From a bacterium (GTDB lineage: Bacteria > Krumholzibacteriota > Krumholzibacteriia > G020349025): a stretch of DNA of 60,734 bases. The notes beneath the pieces were generated by a model. It was given only the letters and a program-made list of their open reading frames with translations. It had not been told where the DNA came from and ran no database searches. Location: the NCBI GenBank assembly GCA_031362565.1, contig JANLSU010000065.1, positions 1 to 60,734 of the forward strand. The letters run 5' to 3'. Each line of letters starts with the position of its first letter. Within the stretch, counting starts at the first letter, position 1. The position numbers and the translations under genes were made by a program. Below are positions 28,794 to 39,167 of this stretch, in pieces.

Positions 28794-30509
28794 CTACTTC
28801 ACGAGCACCATGCGATGCGTGAACACCCGGCCGTCGGCTTCCAGGCGCACCAGGTAAACGCCGGCCGCGACGCCACGGCCGTGTCCGTCGGTGCCGTCCC
28901 ATGGCAGCGCGTGGGCGCCGGCCGTCAGGCTGCCATCGACAATGCGCCGCACCAGCCGTCCGGAAAGATCGTACACGGCCAGATGCACGGCACCGGTCGT
29001 CGCCAGATCGAAGCGAATCTTCGTCATGGGATTGAATGGGTTCGGCGCGTTGCCCACGAGGCGCGTTGGAAGCGGCGGGTACCCGGCGTCGGTCACTCCC
29101 TGGAACCAGCCGATGTCACGGAACGCAAACTCGGTCAAGTCGACCTTGCCGGCCTGTAGGTCTGGATTGATCGCCGGTTCCATGAGTAGATTCGGCAGCG
29201 CGGCCACATCCCAATGCGAAATCGAGGAACCGGGCTGGACGGGATTCGGGGTGAAGAGCAGCACGCGGCCCTGCGCGTCCGCTCCGGCATTCTGCGCCAG
29301 GTCGAGCTTGAGAGTGGCGTTCACGCCGCCGCCCAGCTGTGCCCGGATGATATTGCCATCGGCGAGCGAAATCCCGACGACCGGAATTGTGATCGCCGGG
29401 TCGGAGCCGCCCGGCGCCAGAGTCTCCGCCACGTTGTTGGCAATGATGACACCGATGGCCCCGGCAGCCTGAGCCCGGGCTGCCTTGCTCGCGAACGTGC
29501 AGCCGGTGGCGCTGCGGTCGATGAAGGCAATTTTGCCGCTGACCTGGGCGCCATTGAGAATGGCCGAGCAGGCGTCACTCGTCGGCGCCGTGCCGTCGTC
29601 CACGAGCGCGACTGCGCCGCTCAACCCGGTTGCCGACAGGTGCGCTCCAAACGCCGCGGCGCTCGCCCCATACGTGCCGGCGATCCCCGCCGGCGAGTTG
29701 ACGACGACGAGGGCGCGCGGCGCGAGCAGCAGCGGTGAAGCGAGCGTTGTGTTCTGCCCGTCCCACACGATGTTGCCGGTGTTCATCGCCGACGCGACAC
29801 GCTGTGCCGCCGTGAGCTGGTCCCAGTGTTTGCTTTGAGTTTTGTCCAAGATCCGGCGGTCGTACATGGTGGGCAAGCCGGCGGTTTGAAAAACACCGGT
29901 GCTCAAGACGACGGACGAGGCAAAGCCGAGGCCGTGGCCGATCTCGTGCAACACGACCGGCAGCAGATCGATGTTCGTGCCCTCGTTGCCGTCGAGACCG
30001 TAGTACCAACCGGTGCCGTTCAAGCAGGCGGCGTTGCCGTTCAGGCTGGAGTTGAACTGCGCTTCGACATCATTGCCCGCGGGGTTGAGGTCGGACCCGT
30101 GCAGCCGGTTGGCCAGCGCTTCGGGATAGGCGGTGTTGGCGACCGGCGCGCCTGGGAAATTAGCAAAAAAAGTTGGCGCGCCGGCCTGGCCCAAAATCGC
30201 ACTGCCCGGACTGCACGAGAGGGGATCGAAAGCCGCTTCGATGCGAATCGTCACCGCACTCGTCAGCAGCGCTCCCCAGGCCTGTCCGGCGCGCGCGAAA
30301 ACGTTCAACCGTTGCTGTCCGATGGTGGTCCCGGCATTGCCGCCCACCACCGCCGCCGGGGTGGCATCGTTGAATCCTTCGCCTGCCCCGTCGACATTGA
30401 CTATGACGATGGTGGCCGCCGCATGCACCACACCATTCGCGAGCACCAGAGCGGATGCGAGCGCCAAGCCGAACCCGGGGTGCTTGGTGACATTCCTGCG
30501 GCCTCGCAT
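28794..30509 (-). CDS. Secreted zinc metallopeptidase with PA domain and FlgD-Ig/Por-like C-terminal domain
   Basis: Signal peptide; LHEIGHGLGF; PA domain GKIAFIDR...AQAAGAIGVII; SISHWD; tail NAPNPFNP...GVYLVRL. Confidence 0.88.
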   Translation of the reverse strand: MRGRRNVTKHPGFGLALASALVLANGVVHAAATIVIVNVDGAGEGFNDATPAAVVGGNAGTTIGQQRLNVFARAGQAWGALLTSAVTIRIEAAFDPLSCSPGSAILGQAGAPTFFANFPGAPVANTAYPEALANRLHGSDLNPAGNDVEAQFNSSLNGNAACLNGTGWYYGLDGNEGTNIDLLPVVLHEIGHGLGFASSVVLSTGVFQTAGLPTMYDRRILDKTQSKHWDQLTAAQRVASAMNTGNIVWDGQNTTLASPLLLAPRALVVVNSPAGIAGTYGASAAAFGAHLSATGLSGAVALVDDGTAPTSDACSAILNGAQVSGKIAFIDRSATGCTFASKAARAQAAGAIGVIIANNVAETLAPGGSDPAITIPVVGISLADGNIIRAQLGGGVNATLKLDLAQNAGADAQGRVLLFTPNPVQPGSSISHWDVAALPNLLMEPAINPDLQAGKVDLTEFAFRDIGWFQGVTDAGYPPLPTRLVGNAPNPFNPMTKIRFDLATTGAVHLAVYDLSGRLVRRIVDGSLTAGAHALPWDGTDGHGRGVAAGVYLVRLEADGRVFTHRMVLVK

Positions 30510-30511
30510 AC

Positions 30512-30952
30512 TCACTTCACGTCCCGGCCATCCACCGTGATCGCCGCGGCACCGGCGCCCAAGAGGAACTGGCGGACATCGTTCGCGTCGGTCGCACAGC
30601 CGGTGGCGATTTTGCCGTCCGCACCGCACTGTGCGACGGCATAGGTCCGTCCGCGCCCGCGCATGTCGATCTGCAGTGTCCCGTCGGCGAACAGACGCGA
30701 GGGTGCTTCGCCTTGCGGCTCGGCAGGCAGGTCGAGCCCTCCGGCCGCCTCACCCGCCGCCAGTCCGAGGGTTCCGGTCTCGGGATCCATCGCGACGCGC
30801 ATCGCGGCAGTCGACGCCGCCGGCGCTGCGGCTTGCCCGGTTGTTGCAGCGTGGCGATGCACGAGCCCTGCTCCGAACACGAGCACGGCGATGACAATGA
30901 CGCCGGCGAACCACTTCGCGCCGGGCACCCAATGGACAGAAAAGCGATTCAT
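30512..30952 (-). CDS. Small exported protein (post-PEP-CTERM-1-like domain)
   Basis: N-terminal TM/signal; [12 protein letters not shown]...ADGTLQID...[19 protein letters not shown] overlap with nadE. Confidence 0.65.
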   Translation of the reverse strand: MNRFSVHWVPGAKWFAGVIVIAVLVFGAGLVHRHAATTGQAAAPAASTAAMRVAMDPETGTLGLAAGEAAGGLDLPAEPQGEAPSRLFADGTLQIDMRGRGRTYAVAQCGADGKIATGCATDANDVRQFLLGAGAAAITVDGRDVK

Positions 30953-31842
30953 GCAGGATCCTTTCTGTCGCGGTGCGCGCTCCAATCACGCGGATAGCGG
31001 AAGTCATGGCCGATACTGCGGCCCGAAATTTTGCAAATGAGCGGCATGCGCCGCTTGTATTGCGAACGCGTGACCAGATCCTCGATTCGCGCTACGAAGC
31101 GCGCATCGAATCCCAGCGCCACCAATTCGTCGTGCCGGTAGCGGCGCTCGATCATGAAGTGCAGCAACTCGTCGACCTCGGCGTACGTGAATCCCAACTC
31201 CTCTTCGTCGGTTTGTCCGGCCCACAGATCGGCGCTCGGGCTCTTGTCGATGACGCGGCCCGGCACCCCCACGGCGCGCGCCAGCGCCCAAACTTGAGTC
31301 TTGTACAGATCGCCGATCGGATTGAGGGCCGACGCCATATCACCGTGGATGGTTCCATAGCCGAGGAAAAGCTCGGTCTTGTTGCTCGTGCCGAGCACGA
31401 GCCCGCCGCTTGCCGCCGAGTGGTCGTACAAGATGGTCATGCGTTCGCGCGCCATCTTGTTGCCACGGCGGAGCGATGCAGCGTCTGGGAAGCGTTCGAA
31501 GTAGGCGTCCACTTGCGGCGTGATGTCGACCCGCAGGAGCGCGACGCCGCAGGCCTCGGCGACGAGCCGCGCATCGGCCTCGCTCTCGGGATTCGAGGTG
31601 CGATACGGCATCACGATGCCCGTCACGTTGCCGGGCCCGAGGGCGCGCGCCGCAAGAAAAACCACGAGTGCCGAATCCACTCCACCCGACAAGCCCAGAA
31701 CGGCGCGCGTCGCGCCCGTCTTTTGCACGCCATCGCGCAGAAACGCGACCAGCACACGCTCGGTGAGATCGGCATTGAGGGCGTGTTCGCGATAACCGCG
31801 GCGCAGGCGCTCCGCCATGGCTGCAGGCTGGGTTCGTGTCAT
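30949..31842 (-). CDS. nadE: NAD+ synthetase (synthetase domain only)
   Basis: [50 protein letters not shown]. Confidence 0.95.
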   Translation of the reverse strand: MTRTQPAAMAERLRRGYREHALNADLTERVLVAFLRDGVQKTGATRAVLGLSGGVDSALVVFLAARALGPGNVTGIVMPYRTSNPESEADARLVAEACGVALLRVDITPQVDAYFERFPDAASLRRGNKMARERMTILYDHSAASGGLVLGTSNKTELFLGYGTIHGDMASALNPIGDLYKTQVWALARAVGVPGRVIDKSPSADLWAGQTDEEELGFTYAEVDELLHFMIERRYRHDELVALGFDARFVARIEDLVTRSQYKRRMPLICKISGRSIGHDFRYPRDWSAHRDRKDPA

Positions 31843-31864
31843 GTTTTCCACCGCCGTGCAGAAG

Positions 31865-32827
31865 TCACCGGTCACGGCCGTCGGCACCCGGAGACACGTC
31901 TGGTGCACCCGTCATGCCACTGCCACTCGTGCGCCGTTGGCGCTGAATGCGCTCCAATTCGGCGATCGTGATGTCGAGGCGTTCGCTCCGCAGCGTCGGG
32001 TCGCCGACCCGGTAGCGCCGGACCTCGTTCCAATCGATCTCGGTCACAAAGAGTCCGGCTTCGAGCAGCGGCGCTTCGAACGCCACCCGGCCACCGGGCG
32101 CGATGACTCGCGAACCGCCCCAGAACGCCAAGCCGTCCTCGAAGCCGACGCGATTCACCAGCACCACCCAGCAACCGAAGAGCTGGCTGTACATCTGAAG
32201 TGCGGTGTGCCACACATTGACGTTCGAAGTCCCGGTGTCGCTGACGTCGGCGCCACGCAACGGGCTGGCGGCGGCCGCGACGATACACTCCGCGCCATCT
32301 TGCGCCAGCACGTAGGCCGTCGACGGATGCCACACATCTTCGCAGACGAGCGTCCCGACGCGTCCAAGCCGGGTATCGAAGGCCCGCAGTTGTTCGCCGG
32401 ATGCGTAGAGGCGTCCTTCCTCGAACAATCCGTAGGTCGGCAGATACACCTTGCGATGCACATGCGTCACTTGGCCGTGATCGCAGAATGCATAACTATT
32501 GTAGAAGCGATGGTCGGCGGATTCCTCGACGAAACCAAAGCCGAGGGCAAGGCCGCGGCTGGCGTCCACGAGAGCACGGAACGCCGGGTTGCCGGCGTCC
32601 ATCGCCACATCCGGGACCAGATCTTTCAATTGGTAGCCGGTGGTCGAAAGCTCCGGAAACAGAACCAAGCCGGCGTTCGCGGCGCGCGCCGCGGCGATGG
32701 TTTCCAGGTGCATCTCGACGTTCGCACCCAGGTCGCCGAGCCGGGGCGCCACTTGGGCAATGGCAAGCCGCACGGTGCGCAGCCGGGGCCCGCTCGCGAT
32801 CGTCGTTGGAACTTCAGTGACGGCCAT
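31865..32827 (-). CDS. Nitrilase-family amidohydrolase (probable glutaminase partner of NadE)
   Basis: Catalytic triad FPEL / [16 protein letters not shown] / VCEDVW; NRVG, FWGGS; immediately upstream of nadE. Confidence 0.88.
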   Translation of the reverse strand: MAVTEVPTTIASGPRLRTVRLAIAQVAPRLGDLGANVEMHLETIAAARAANAGLVLFPELSTTGYQLKDLVPDVAMDAGNPAFRALVDASRGLALGFGFVEESADHRFYNSYAFCDHGQVTHVHRKVYLPTYGLFEEGRLYASGEQLRAFDTRLGRVGTLVCEDVWHPSTAYVLAQDGAECIVAAAASPLRGADVSDTGTSNVNVWHTALQMYSQLFGCWVVLVNRVGFEDGLAFWGGSRVIAPGGRVAFEAPLLEAGLFVTEIDWNEVRRYRVGDPTLRSERLDITIAELERIQRQRRTSGSGMTGAPDVSPGADGRDR

Positions 32828-32908
32828 CCCGTTGCCTCCCGAACGCGTTCAGTTTACTACATGGACGCAGTTCGCGCTCCGGGACGGCGGCACGGTACGT
32901 CCGGCGCG

Positions 32909-34438
32909 TCAGTCGCCCGGGTGTTGCGGCGCGTCGCCCAGGCGGCCCGGCATGTCGGCGAGGATGTACACCATGACAGCGAGCGCCGCGGTGTTCTTTC
33001 GCAATTCGATCGGGTCGACTTTATCGAGCATATCGGCCTGGGTGTGGTGCCAGTCGAAGTAGTGCTCGCCGGTGGTGCGGTGGGCGACCCCAGGAACGCC
33101 TTTTTTCATCAGTGGGTCGATGTCCGCTCCGCCACCGCTGTCGTTGATCTGGCCGGCTCCCAGGCCGGCGAGCAACGGCGCGATCTCGCGGGCCAACGCC
33201 ACGGCGTTCGCGGTCCGCGGCACATCCGTCGAATCGCTCCCCGCCTGCTGCACCTTCACCCCAAAGCCGACGGGCTGTTCGACACCACCATCGGCTTCGA
33301 TAACCGCGACGTGCTTCGCGTACGCCTCACCCACTGAATCTTTGTACGCCTTGGCGCCCTCGGTGCCGTTTTCTTCGTTGGTCCATAGAATGACGCGTAC
33401 CGTACGCCGCGGCCGTAGTCCGAGCTGGCGCATGAGCCGCAGTGCTTCCATGCTGATGATGCAGCCGGCGCCGTCGTCATGGGCGCCCTGTCCCACGTCC
33501 CACGAGTCGATGTGGCCGCCTACCAGCACGACTTCATCGGGGCGCTCGCGGCCGCGAATCTCACCGATGACGTTGTGCGAGATGGCGTCCGGCAGCATCT
33601 TGGCGTTCATTTCCAAGTGCACGCGCACGCGCTGGCCGCGATCGAGGAGCCGGTGCATCATCGTGGCATCTTCGATGGTCACCGCGGCCGCCGGAATCTT
33701 CGGGAAGCTGTCGACATACGCCCGCATGTTGCCGGTGTGTGGCGTCCGCAAGCTCACCGGTCCGACCGAGCGCACCAACGCCGCCACGGCGCCGTGCGCC
33801 GCCGCCCGCTTGGCACCGTCGCCTCGGTACCGCACCGTCGTTCCGTAGGTGGTGAACGGCACGTCGTACAGCACGATCTTGCCGCGCACGGCGTCCGCCG
33901 GCAGGGCATTCAGCGCGGTGAAACCATCCACGGCAACAACGTCGGCGGTAATGCCACCCTTCGGAGTGCCGACGCTGCGCCCGAGACCCAACATGCTCAG
34001 CTTCTGCGGGCCCGGCTCCACCATCTCGGCGTGTTCGTCGCCACGCACCCAGTGCGGCACTTTTACGGCCTGCAGTTGCACGTTCTCCAGCCCGTCCTCG
34101 CGCATGGCCTCGGCAGCCCAGCGCACGGCGCGCTCCAGTGCCTCGGAGCCGGACAACCGGTGGCCGATTCCATCGCACAATTCGGAGAGCCGTTGATAGG
34201 CGTGATCGCTGGTCATCGCCGCACCGATGAGGCGCTCCGCCGCGTCGCGGTATTGCATGGCGAGCGGCATTTCCCCGGGCGGGATCGTGGGTTGAATTCC
34301 ATTGCCGGTCACGGCCGCGGGCGGCCGGACGGCGACGGGCGCTGGGGCGGATTCGGCCGCGTAGGACGCGCCGGCTGCCACGCAGCTGGTCACGACGAAC
34401 CACCCGAGCGGGTGCGAGATCACCACCGGCAATTTCAT
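32909..34438 (-). CDS. M28 metallopeptidase (carboxypeptidase Q-like)
   Basis: GHRLSGS, PHWVRG, PHTG, GGHIDSWD, DDGAG, NEENG, HHTQAD. Confidence 0.9.
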   Translation of the reverse strand: MKLPVVISHPLGWFVVTSCVAAGASYAAESAPAPVAVRPPAAVTGNGIQPTIPPGEMPLAMQYRDAAERLIGAAMTSDHAYQRLSELCDGIGHRLSGSEALERAVRWAAEAMREDGLENVQLQAVKVPHWVRGDEHAEMVEPGPQKLSMLGLGRSVGTPKGGITADVVAVDGFTALNALPADAVRGKIVLYDVPFTTYGTTVRYRGDGAKRAAAHGAVAALVRSVGPVSLRTPHTGNMRAYVDSFPKIPAAAVTIEDATMMHRLLDRGQRVRVHLEMNAKMLPDAISHNVIGEIRGRERPDEVVLVGGHIDSWDVGQGAHDDGAGCIISMEALRLMRQLGLRPRRTVRVILWTNEENGTEGAKAYKDSVGEAYAKHVAVIEADGGVEQPVGFGVKVQQAGSDSTDVPRTANAVALAREIAPLLAGLGAGQINDSGGGADIDPLMKKGVPGVAHRTTGEHYFDWHHTQADMLDKVDPIELRKNTAALAVMVYILADMPGRLGDAPQHPGD

Positions 34439-34451
34439 GCTGGGCCTCCGT

Positions 34452-35483
34452 TCAGCCACGCAAGCGGACGAGGATTTCGGCCACGCGCTCGATGTCGTCC
34501 AAGCTCACATCGAGGTGGGTGACCATGCGGATGTATCGTGTATCCCAGAGATTGACGATCACGCCTTCGCGCTTCAGGTCTTCTTGGAGAGCGCGTGGCG
34601 TGTCGCCGGCGCCCGTGGGCTCGACAATGAGAATGTTCGTATCGGGAGTGTGTACCGCCCGCAAGCCGGAGGACTTCGCCACCGCGGCTGCCAAACGCCG
34701 CGTCTTCTGGTGATCGTCCGGCAAACGTTCGAGATGGTGGTCGAGCGCAAACAGGGCCGCGGCGGCGATCACGCCCACCTGCCGCATGCCGCCGCCCCAC
34801 ATCTTGCGCAAGCGGTGCGCGCGGCGCATCGTCTCCGCATCCCCGGCGAGCGCCGAACCAATGGGGGCGCCGAGACCCTTTGAAAAACAAACGCTCACGG
34901 TATGCGCACAAGCGCCGTACGCATCGAGCCGGATGCCGGTCGCGGCGCTCGCGTTCCACAACCGGGCGCCGTCCAGATGCACCCGCAGCCCGGTGGATGG
35001 CGCCCAATTCCAGATGTCGCGCATGCGCTCGAGGGCGAACACCTCGCCGCCGCGTCCGTTGTGCGTGTTCTCGATTTCAACCAAGCGCGTCTGCGGCTGC
35101 GAGGCGTCGGACCGGCAAAGCGGGGCCAGATCCTCGACCCGAAAACCGCCCGGCGGCGAATCGACGGTCCGGAACTGCACGCCCGACAGGGCGGCGCCGG
35201 CGCCGCATTCGTAGTGCAGCATGTGGGAAGCGCGATCGATCAGCACCTCATCGCCGCGCTGCGTGTGCACCGCGAGCCCGAGCTGGTTCGCCATCGTACC
35301 GCTCGGGGTAAAGAGCGCCGCTTCCTTGCCGAGCAATTGCGCAACGCGGTCTTGAAGGGCGCGAGCGGTGGGATCGTCGCCGAATACGTCATCGCCGACT
35401 TCGGCTTCGGCCATCGCCCGGCGCATGGCGGCTGTGGGTCGCGTCACCGTGTCGCTGCGCAGATCGATGGCCACGTGTCTCAA
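34452..35483 (-). CDS. ltaE: Low-specificity L-threonine aldolase
   Basis: [45 protein letters not shown]. Confidence 0.93.
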   Translation of the reverse strand: MRHVAIDLRSDTVTRPTAAMRRAMAEAEVGDDVFGDDPTARALQDRVAQLLGKEAALFTPSGTMANQLGLAVHTQRGDEVLIDRASHMLHYECGAGAALSGVQFRTVDSPPGGFRVEDLAPLCRSDASQPQTRLVEIENTHNGRGGEVFALERMRDIWNWAPSTGLRVHLDGARLWNASAATGIRLDAYGACAHTVSVCFSKGLGAPIGSALAGDAETMRRAHRLRKMWGGGMRQVGVIAAAALFALDHHLERLPDDHQKTRRLAAAVAKSSGLRAVHTPDTNILIVEPTGAGDTPRALQEDLKREGVIVNLWDTRYIRMVTHLDVSLDDIERVAEILVRLRG

Positions 35484-35758
35484 CCTTGGGCCACGAGATC
35501 CTTGAGTTCCTTCGACACTTTGAATACCGGCACCTTGCGCTGTGGAACGGGTGCCGGCTCGCCAGTGCGTGGATTCCGCGCGGTGCGTGCCTTGCGTTGT
35601 TTTACTTTGAAGGTCCCGAAACCACGAATCTCCAGATGCTTTCCCTCGGCGAGCGCATCGGCCACGGCTTTCAAGAACATATCGACCGCTTCGGCGATCT
35701 CCTTCTTGGTGAGCCCGGTCTTCGCCGCGATATCTTCGACGATTTCCGCCTTGGTCAT
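35480..35758 (-). CDS. hup: HU-family DNA-binding protein
   Basis: MTKAEIV...GFGTF...[10 protein letters not shown]...PVFK. Confidence 0.95.
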   Translation of the reverse strand: MTKAEIVEDIAAKTGLTKKEIAEAVDMFLKAVADALAEGKHLEIRGFGTFKVKQRKARTARNPRTGEPAPVPQRKVPVFKVSKELKDLVAQG

Positions 35759-35806
35759 GCGAAAGCCTCCTGTGGGTCCGAAGTTCGGGGGATCCCGTCG
35801 GGAGCG

Positions 35807-35835
35807 ACTCTAACGCCCGCCTTCCAACGTGTCAA
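35807..35835 (-). promoter_or_regulatory. Sigma70 promoter for the hup-ltaE-peptidase operon
   Basis: TTGACA-N17-TAGAGT. Confidence 0.7.
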
Positions 35836-36102
35836 TAGCTTGCAAGATAGCGAGTTACCGCACCAGGTCGAGTCTTGCAGCGAGCGTGCATTCTGCCGCC
35901 ATACGCGCCGCGTGGACCCCGTGCATGGCCGTCCACCGCGAGGAATTCGAGGACACGCAGAGGTGAGGCAGGCGTCAGGAGTCCGGTTTTCGTACCCGGA
36001 AACCCCGTTGTGTGGGCGGTGCGTTGTGACCGCCGTCGGTGCGCCCCGGAACCGCGCCGCATGCGGCTCCCGACAATGAGCCGCGCTTCACCCCGGCGCG
36101 TG

Positions 36103-36118
36103 CGGCACATCGGTTGCT
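36103..36118 (+). promoter_or_regulatory. Putative sigma54 promoter for the FN3 lipoprotein
   Basis: CGGCACATCGGTTGCT, near-consensus GGCAC-N5-TTGC. Confidence 0.65.
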
Positions 36119-36324
36119 GAACAGGGCTTGTCGCGAGGGAGCGCACCGCTATCACACCAGCGAGTCGCATCCCGCTCCCCGCGACACCTTCGCGCCAACG
36201 GGCTCGAGGGTACGACTTGCGCAAAGTGGCCGAGGCGTTCCGGCACTGCGTTGCGCCGCAGCAATGTTCGTGAGGGGCCAGCCGGAAGCTGGTTCGTGGT
36301 CGTCAACAGGAGGTCCGTTCGTTC

Positions 36325-36738
36325 ATGACTAAGCGAAGCAGCATCCTGGTTACCCTATTCGCCGCGGTCGCACTCAACGCCGTTGGCTGCAGCAATGATT
36401 CGGCGACGAGTCCCGTCGTCGACACCGTGGCGCCGTCCCCCGTTCTGGACGTCGATGCCGCCGTGGTGACTCCGACCAGCGTCGAGGTCACGTGGGCGGC
36501 AAGTCCCGAGGCGGATGTCGTCGGCTATCGCGTCTTCCGCTCGGTGAACGGCCTCGCCGCGACTCTCGCCGTCACGGTCGGGACGACCGATTGGACGGAT
36601 AGTGCCGTGCAGCTGGGTTCGGCCTACGTCTATGAAGTCGCCGCCGTCGACCAAGCCGGCAACGAAGGCGCGCACGTCGTTTCCGCCCAGGTCGTCATCC
36701 GCAACGGCGGCGTCCTCCGCGGCGGCGTCCGCGACTGA
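36325..36738 (+). CDS. Lipoprotein with fibronectin type III-like domain
   Basis: Lipobox AVGC; DTVAPSP, VTWAAS, GYRVFR, YVYEVAAVDQAGNE; AGGAGG RBS. Confidence 0.85.
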   Translation: MTKRSSILVTLFAAVALNAVGCSNDSATSPVVDTVAPSPVLDVDAAVVTPTSVEVTWAASPEADVVGYRVFRSVNGLAATLAVTVGTTDWTDSAVQLGSAYVYEVAAVDQAGNEGAHVVSAQVVIRNGGVLRGGVRD

Positions 36739-36760
36739 CCACGAGGGGTCGAATCAAAAT

Positions 36761-36799
36761 GCGGCCGGTTGTCGATGCACAACCGGCCGCGTTTTTTTT
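36761..36799 (+). terminator. Rho-independent terminator
   Basis: GCGGCCGGTTG...CAACCGGCCGC stem followed by a T8 run; an A-run upstream suggests it is bidirectional. Confidence 0.85.
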
Positions 36800-36838
36800 G
36801 CCGGTAAGCGCCTTTCGAAACGTGCCGTCCTCAGGCAC

Positions 36839-37531
36839 TCAACGGTAGAGTGCCTTGACGCGGCCCCAGAGTTCGGGCGCGGTCGACACGGGGCAGGTGA
36901 TCCGCATCGTCATCCGTGGCACCTCTTCCCAGCTGCCGTGCAGGCGGTTCGGGCTGCATGCAGGGTCGAGAAACCCCGGGAAATTCGCCGCGAGGGGCAA
37001 GAAGTCCGTGGTGCCGAGGACATCGCCGTACGGGCTGGTCAATGTCAGCACGCAACTCGAATTGTCGAAGTCACCGCTCAACGTGATGTCAGCCGTCACG
37101 TACGTGAGTTGAAAATCGATGTAAGACCATGACAGGACGACGGTCGTCGGGGCCGGTCCCAGCGTGCCTGTTCCACTGCCCCAGGGCCCCGGATTGAGAC
37201 AAAAAGTGCCACCCTCGAAGGTGTTCGTGAACCGAACAAAGCCGAAGCCGGAGTCACGATCGTCCACAACTGTCTGTTGGCCCGGCTGGACCCCGCAGGA
37301 GAAACCCCACTGAGTGCCCAGGGCAGAACCGTCCCACGACTGCGAATTGAAGACATCGCCCAAGCCCTGGCTCGCGTTGTGTGGCGCCGCCCACGACTGT
37401 GACGCGCGACCCGCGAGCAGCGAGCCACCGAGGTCGACCGATGTATAAGTACCGGCGATGGGTGCGGCTTGGGCAGCCGTGGCAAGTGCAACGAGCCCGG
37501 CCACCGACAGGTGAAACCCGTAGTGCTTCAT
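36839..37531 (-). CDS. Secreted hypothetical protein with C-terminal WGRVKALYR tail
   Basis: Signal peptide ending AQA; ends CPVSTAPELWGRVKALYR*; AAGGAAG upstream of ATG at 37531. Confidence 0.78.
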   Translation of the reverse strand: MKHYGFHLSVAGLVALATAAQAAPIAGTYTSVDLGGSLLAGRASQSWAAPHNASQGLGDVFNSQSWDGSALGTQWGFSCGVQPGQQTVVDDRDSGFGFVRFTNTFEGGTFCLNPGPWGSGTGTLGPAPTTVVLSWSYIDFQLTYVTADITLSGDFDNSSCVLTLTSPYGDVLGTTDFLPLAANFPGFLDPACSPNRLHGSWEEVPRMTMRITCPVSTAPELWGRVKALYR

Positions 37532-37612
37532 GGAAGCCTTCCTTTGGGGGCGTTGATCCTTGCAAAAAGTAGATCGCATTGGGAGCCGGTGTGCAACGGG
37601 GGCGGCGGGCAA

Positions 37613-38281
37613 TCAACTGCCTGACAAAGCCTTCAACACCGGGGATAGCAGTGCCGAACCGATCCCGATGAATTTCCAAGCCACCCCGGAGTACACCAAA
37701 ACCAATACCACGATGAAGCCCCAGCGCATGCCAAAGGTCTGGTAGTGCGCCGCCAGCCGTGGCGGCAGGAAATGATTCACCAGATAGCTGCCGTCGAGCG
37801 GCGGCATCGGAATCATGTTGAACACCGCGAGGACAACATTGAGGTACTGGACGAACGGCAGCGTCTTGTCCGCGAAGGCGTGAACCGTGAACGCGACACC
37901 AGATTCTGCACCACCCAGGAACAGCCCATTGAGGCGCATGAGCAGCGCTGCCGCGAGCGCCAAGATCAAGTTGAAGCCGGGACCGGCGAGTGCCACAAGG
38001 ACGTCGTCGCGGCGCGGATTCCGCAACTTTCGGCGGTCGATCGGCACCGGGCGCGCCCAGCCGATGAGCGGCACGCCGGAGAAAATCTGCAGCAACGGAA
38101 ACACCACGGTGCCGATGGGGTCGATGTGCGGGAGCGGATTGAGCGTCACCCGCCCGAGTTGCTGTGCCGTGTCGTCACCGCACCGCAACGCCGTCCACGC
38201 GTGCCCAAACTCGTGGAACACGAGCGAGAACAGCAAGATGCAATACAGCAAGATGCCGTTGAAAATCAGCTCGGGCGACAT
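37613..38281 (-). CDS. Site-2 protease (M50) family membrane metalloprotease
   Basis: HEFGH, TLNPLPHIDPIG, GWARPVP, ALAGP, FNMIPMPPLDG. Confidence 0.92.
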   Translation of the reverse strand: MSPELIFNGILLYCILLFSLVFHEFGHAWTALRCGDDTAQQLGRVTLNPLPHIDPIGTVVFPLLQIFSGVPLIGWARPVPIDRRKLRNPRRDDVLVALAGPGFNLILALAAALLMRLNGLFLGGAESGVAFTVHAFADKTLPFVQYLNVVLAVFNMIPMPPLDGSYLVNHFLPPRLAAHYQTFGMRWGFIVVLVLVYSGVAWKFIGIGSALLSPVLKALSGS

Positions 38282-38282
38282 C

Positions 38283-39167
38283 TCAACTCCTCGGCCGTTC
38301 GATCTCTTGGCGCACCCGCGCGGCGTAGGCGTCCCGCAACAGGGCGGTCACCGGGCCGGGGCACGGCGCCGGCAAGTCGTGTCCGTCGACCGACCGCACC
38401 GGCAGGATGCCACGCAGACTCGCGGTCAGAAAGGCCTCGCTTGCCGCCTGCAGCGTGGCCCGGTCGACCTCTCCTTCACGGTACGGCACGGCGGCGATTC
38501 GCGCCAATTCGAGCCCGACGCCGCGTGTGATCCCTGGCAAACACCCGTCGCCGGGCGCCGGTGTGCGCAAAACTCCCGCCGCATCGACCAGAAAGACGTT
38601 GGTGAAGCTGCCTTCGGCGAGAAATCCACGCTCGTTGAACTGCACCACGTCGAAGGTTTCCGGGCGCTGGGCTTCGCGGCGTTGCCAGGTACTCCAGGCG
38701 TAACTCGTCGACTTGATGCAGTGTAGTGGGTGCGCGACCCGCATCTGCGGCGAGACTTCGATCGCCACGCCCGGCCCACCGGCGTGGTTCTCCTCCGGCT
38801 CCTGCCACGGGTCGAGCGTCAACACCGCGGTTGGTGTCCCCGGCCGCTCCGCTTGGTGCGTTTCGGTACCGCGAGTCACCGTGATCCTGAGCCGCCCCAG
38901 TTGCGCCGCCGCGGGATCCGCCGCCACGAGCGCCTGCACCGCGTCGCGGAGTTCCGCCGGCGACATGGCAACCGGCATCGCCAGCCGGTCGAGGCCGGCC
39001 GCAAGCCGTTCCAGGTGCAGGTCCAAGAAGAGCGCGGCGCCTGACTCGACGCGCAGCGTTTCGAAAACACCGTCGCCGGCAAGCCAGCCGCGGTCGTCGA
39101 CAGCGATGTGCACCTCGGACCGCCGCACCAGCCGCCCATTCCACACCGCGTGCGGGATGCGGCTCAT
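38283..39167 (-). CDS. Class IV aminotransferase / aminodeoxychorismate lyase-like
   Basis: DRGWLAGDGVFETLR, HLERL, EGSFTNVF, LPGITR; coupled to the pabB-like gene. Confidence 0.88.
   Translation of the reverse strand: MSRIPHAVWNGRLVRRSEVHIAVDDRGWLAGDGVFETLRVESGAALFLDLHLERLAAGLDRLAMPVAMSPAELRDAVQALVAADPAAAQLGRLRITVTRGTETHQAERPGTPTAVLTLDPWQEPEENHAGGPGVAIEVSPQMRVAHPLHCIKSTSYAWSTWQRREAQRPETFDVVQFNERGFLAEGSFTNVFLVDAAGVLRTPAPGDGCLPGITRGVGLELARIAAVPYREGEVDRATLQAASEAFLTASLRGILPVRSVDGHDLPAPCPGPVTALLRDAYAARVRQEIERPRS

Noticed and set aside
36241..36255. Second sigma54-like site CGGCACTGCGTTGC
   Set aside because: GG-GC spacing is 9 nt rather than the required 10.
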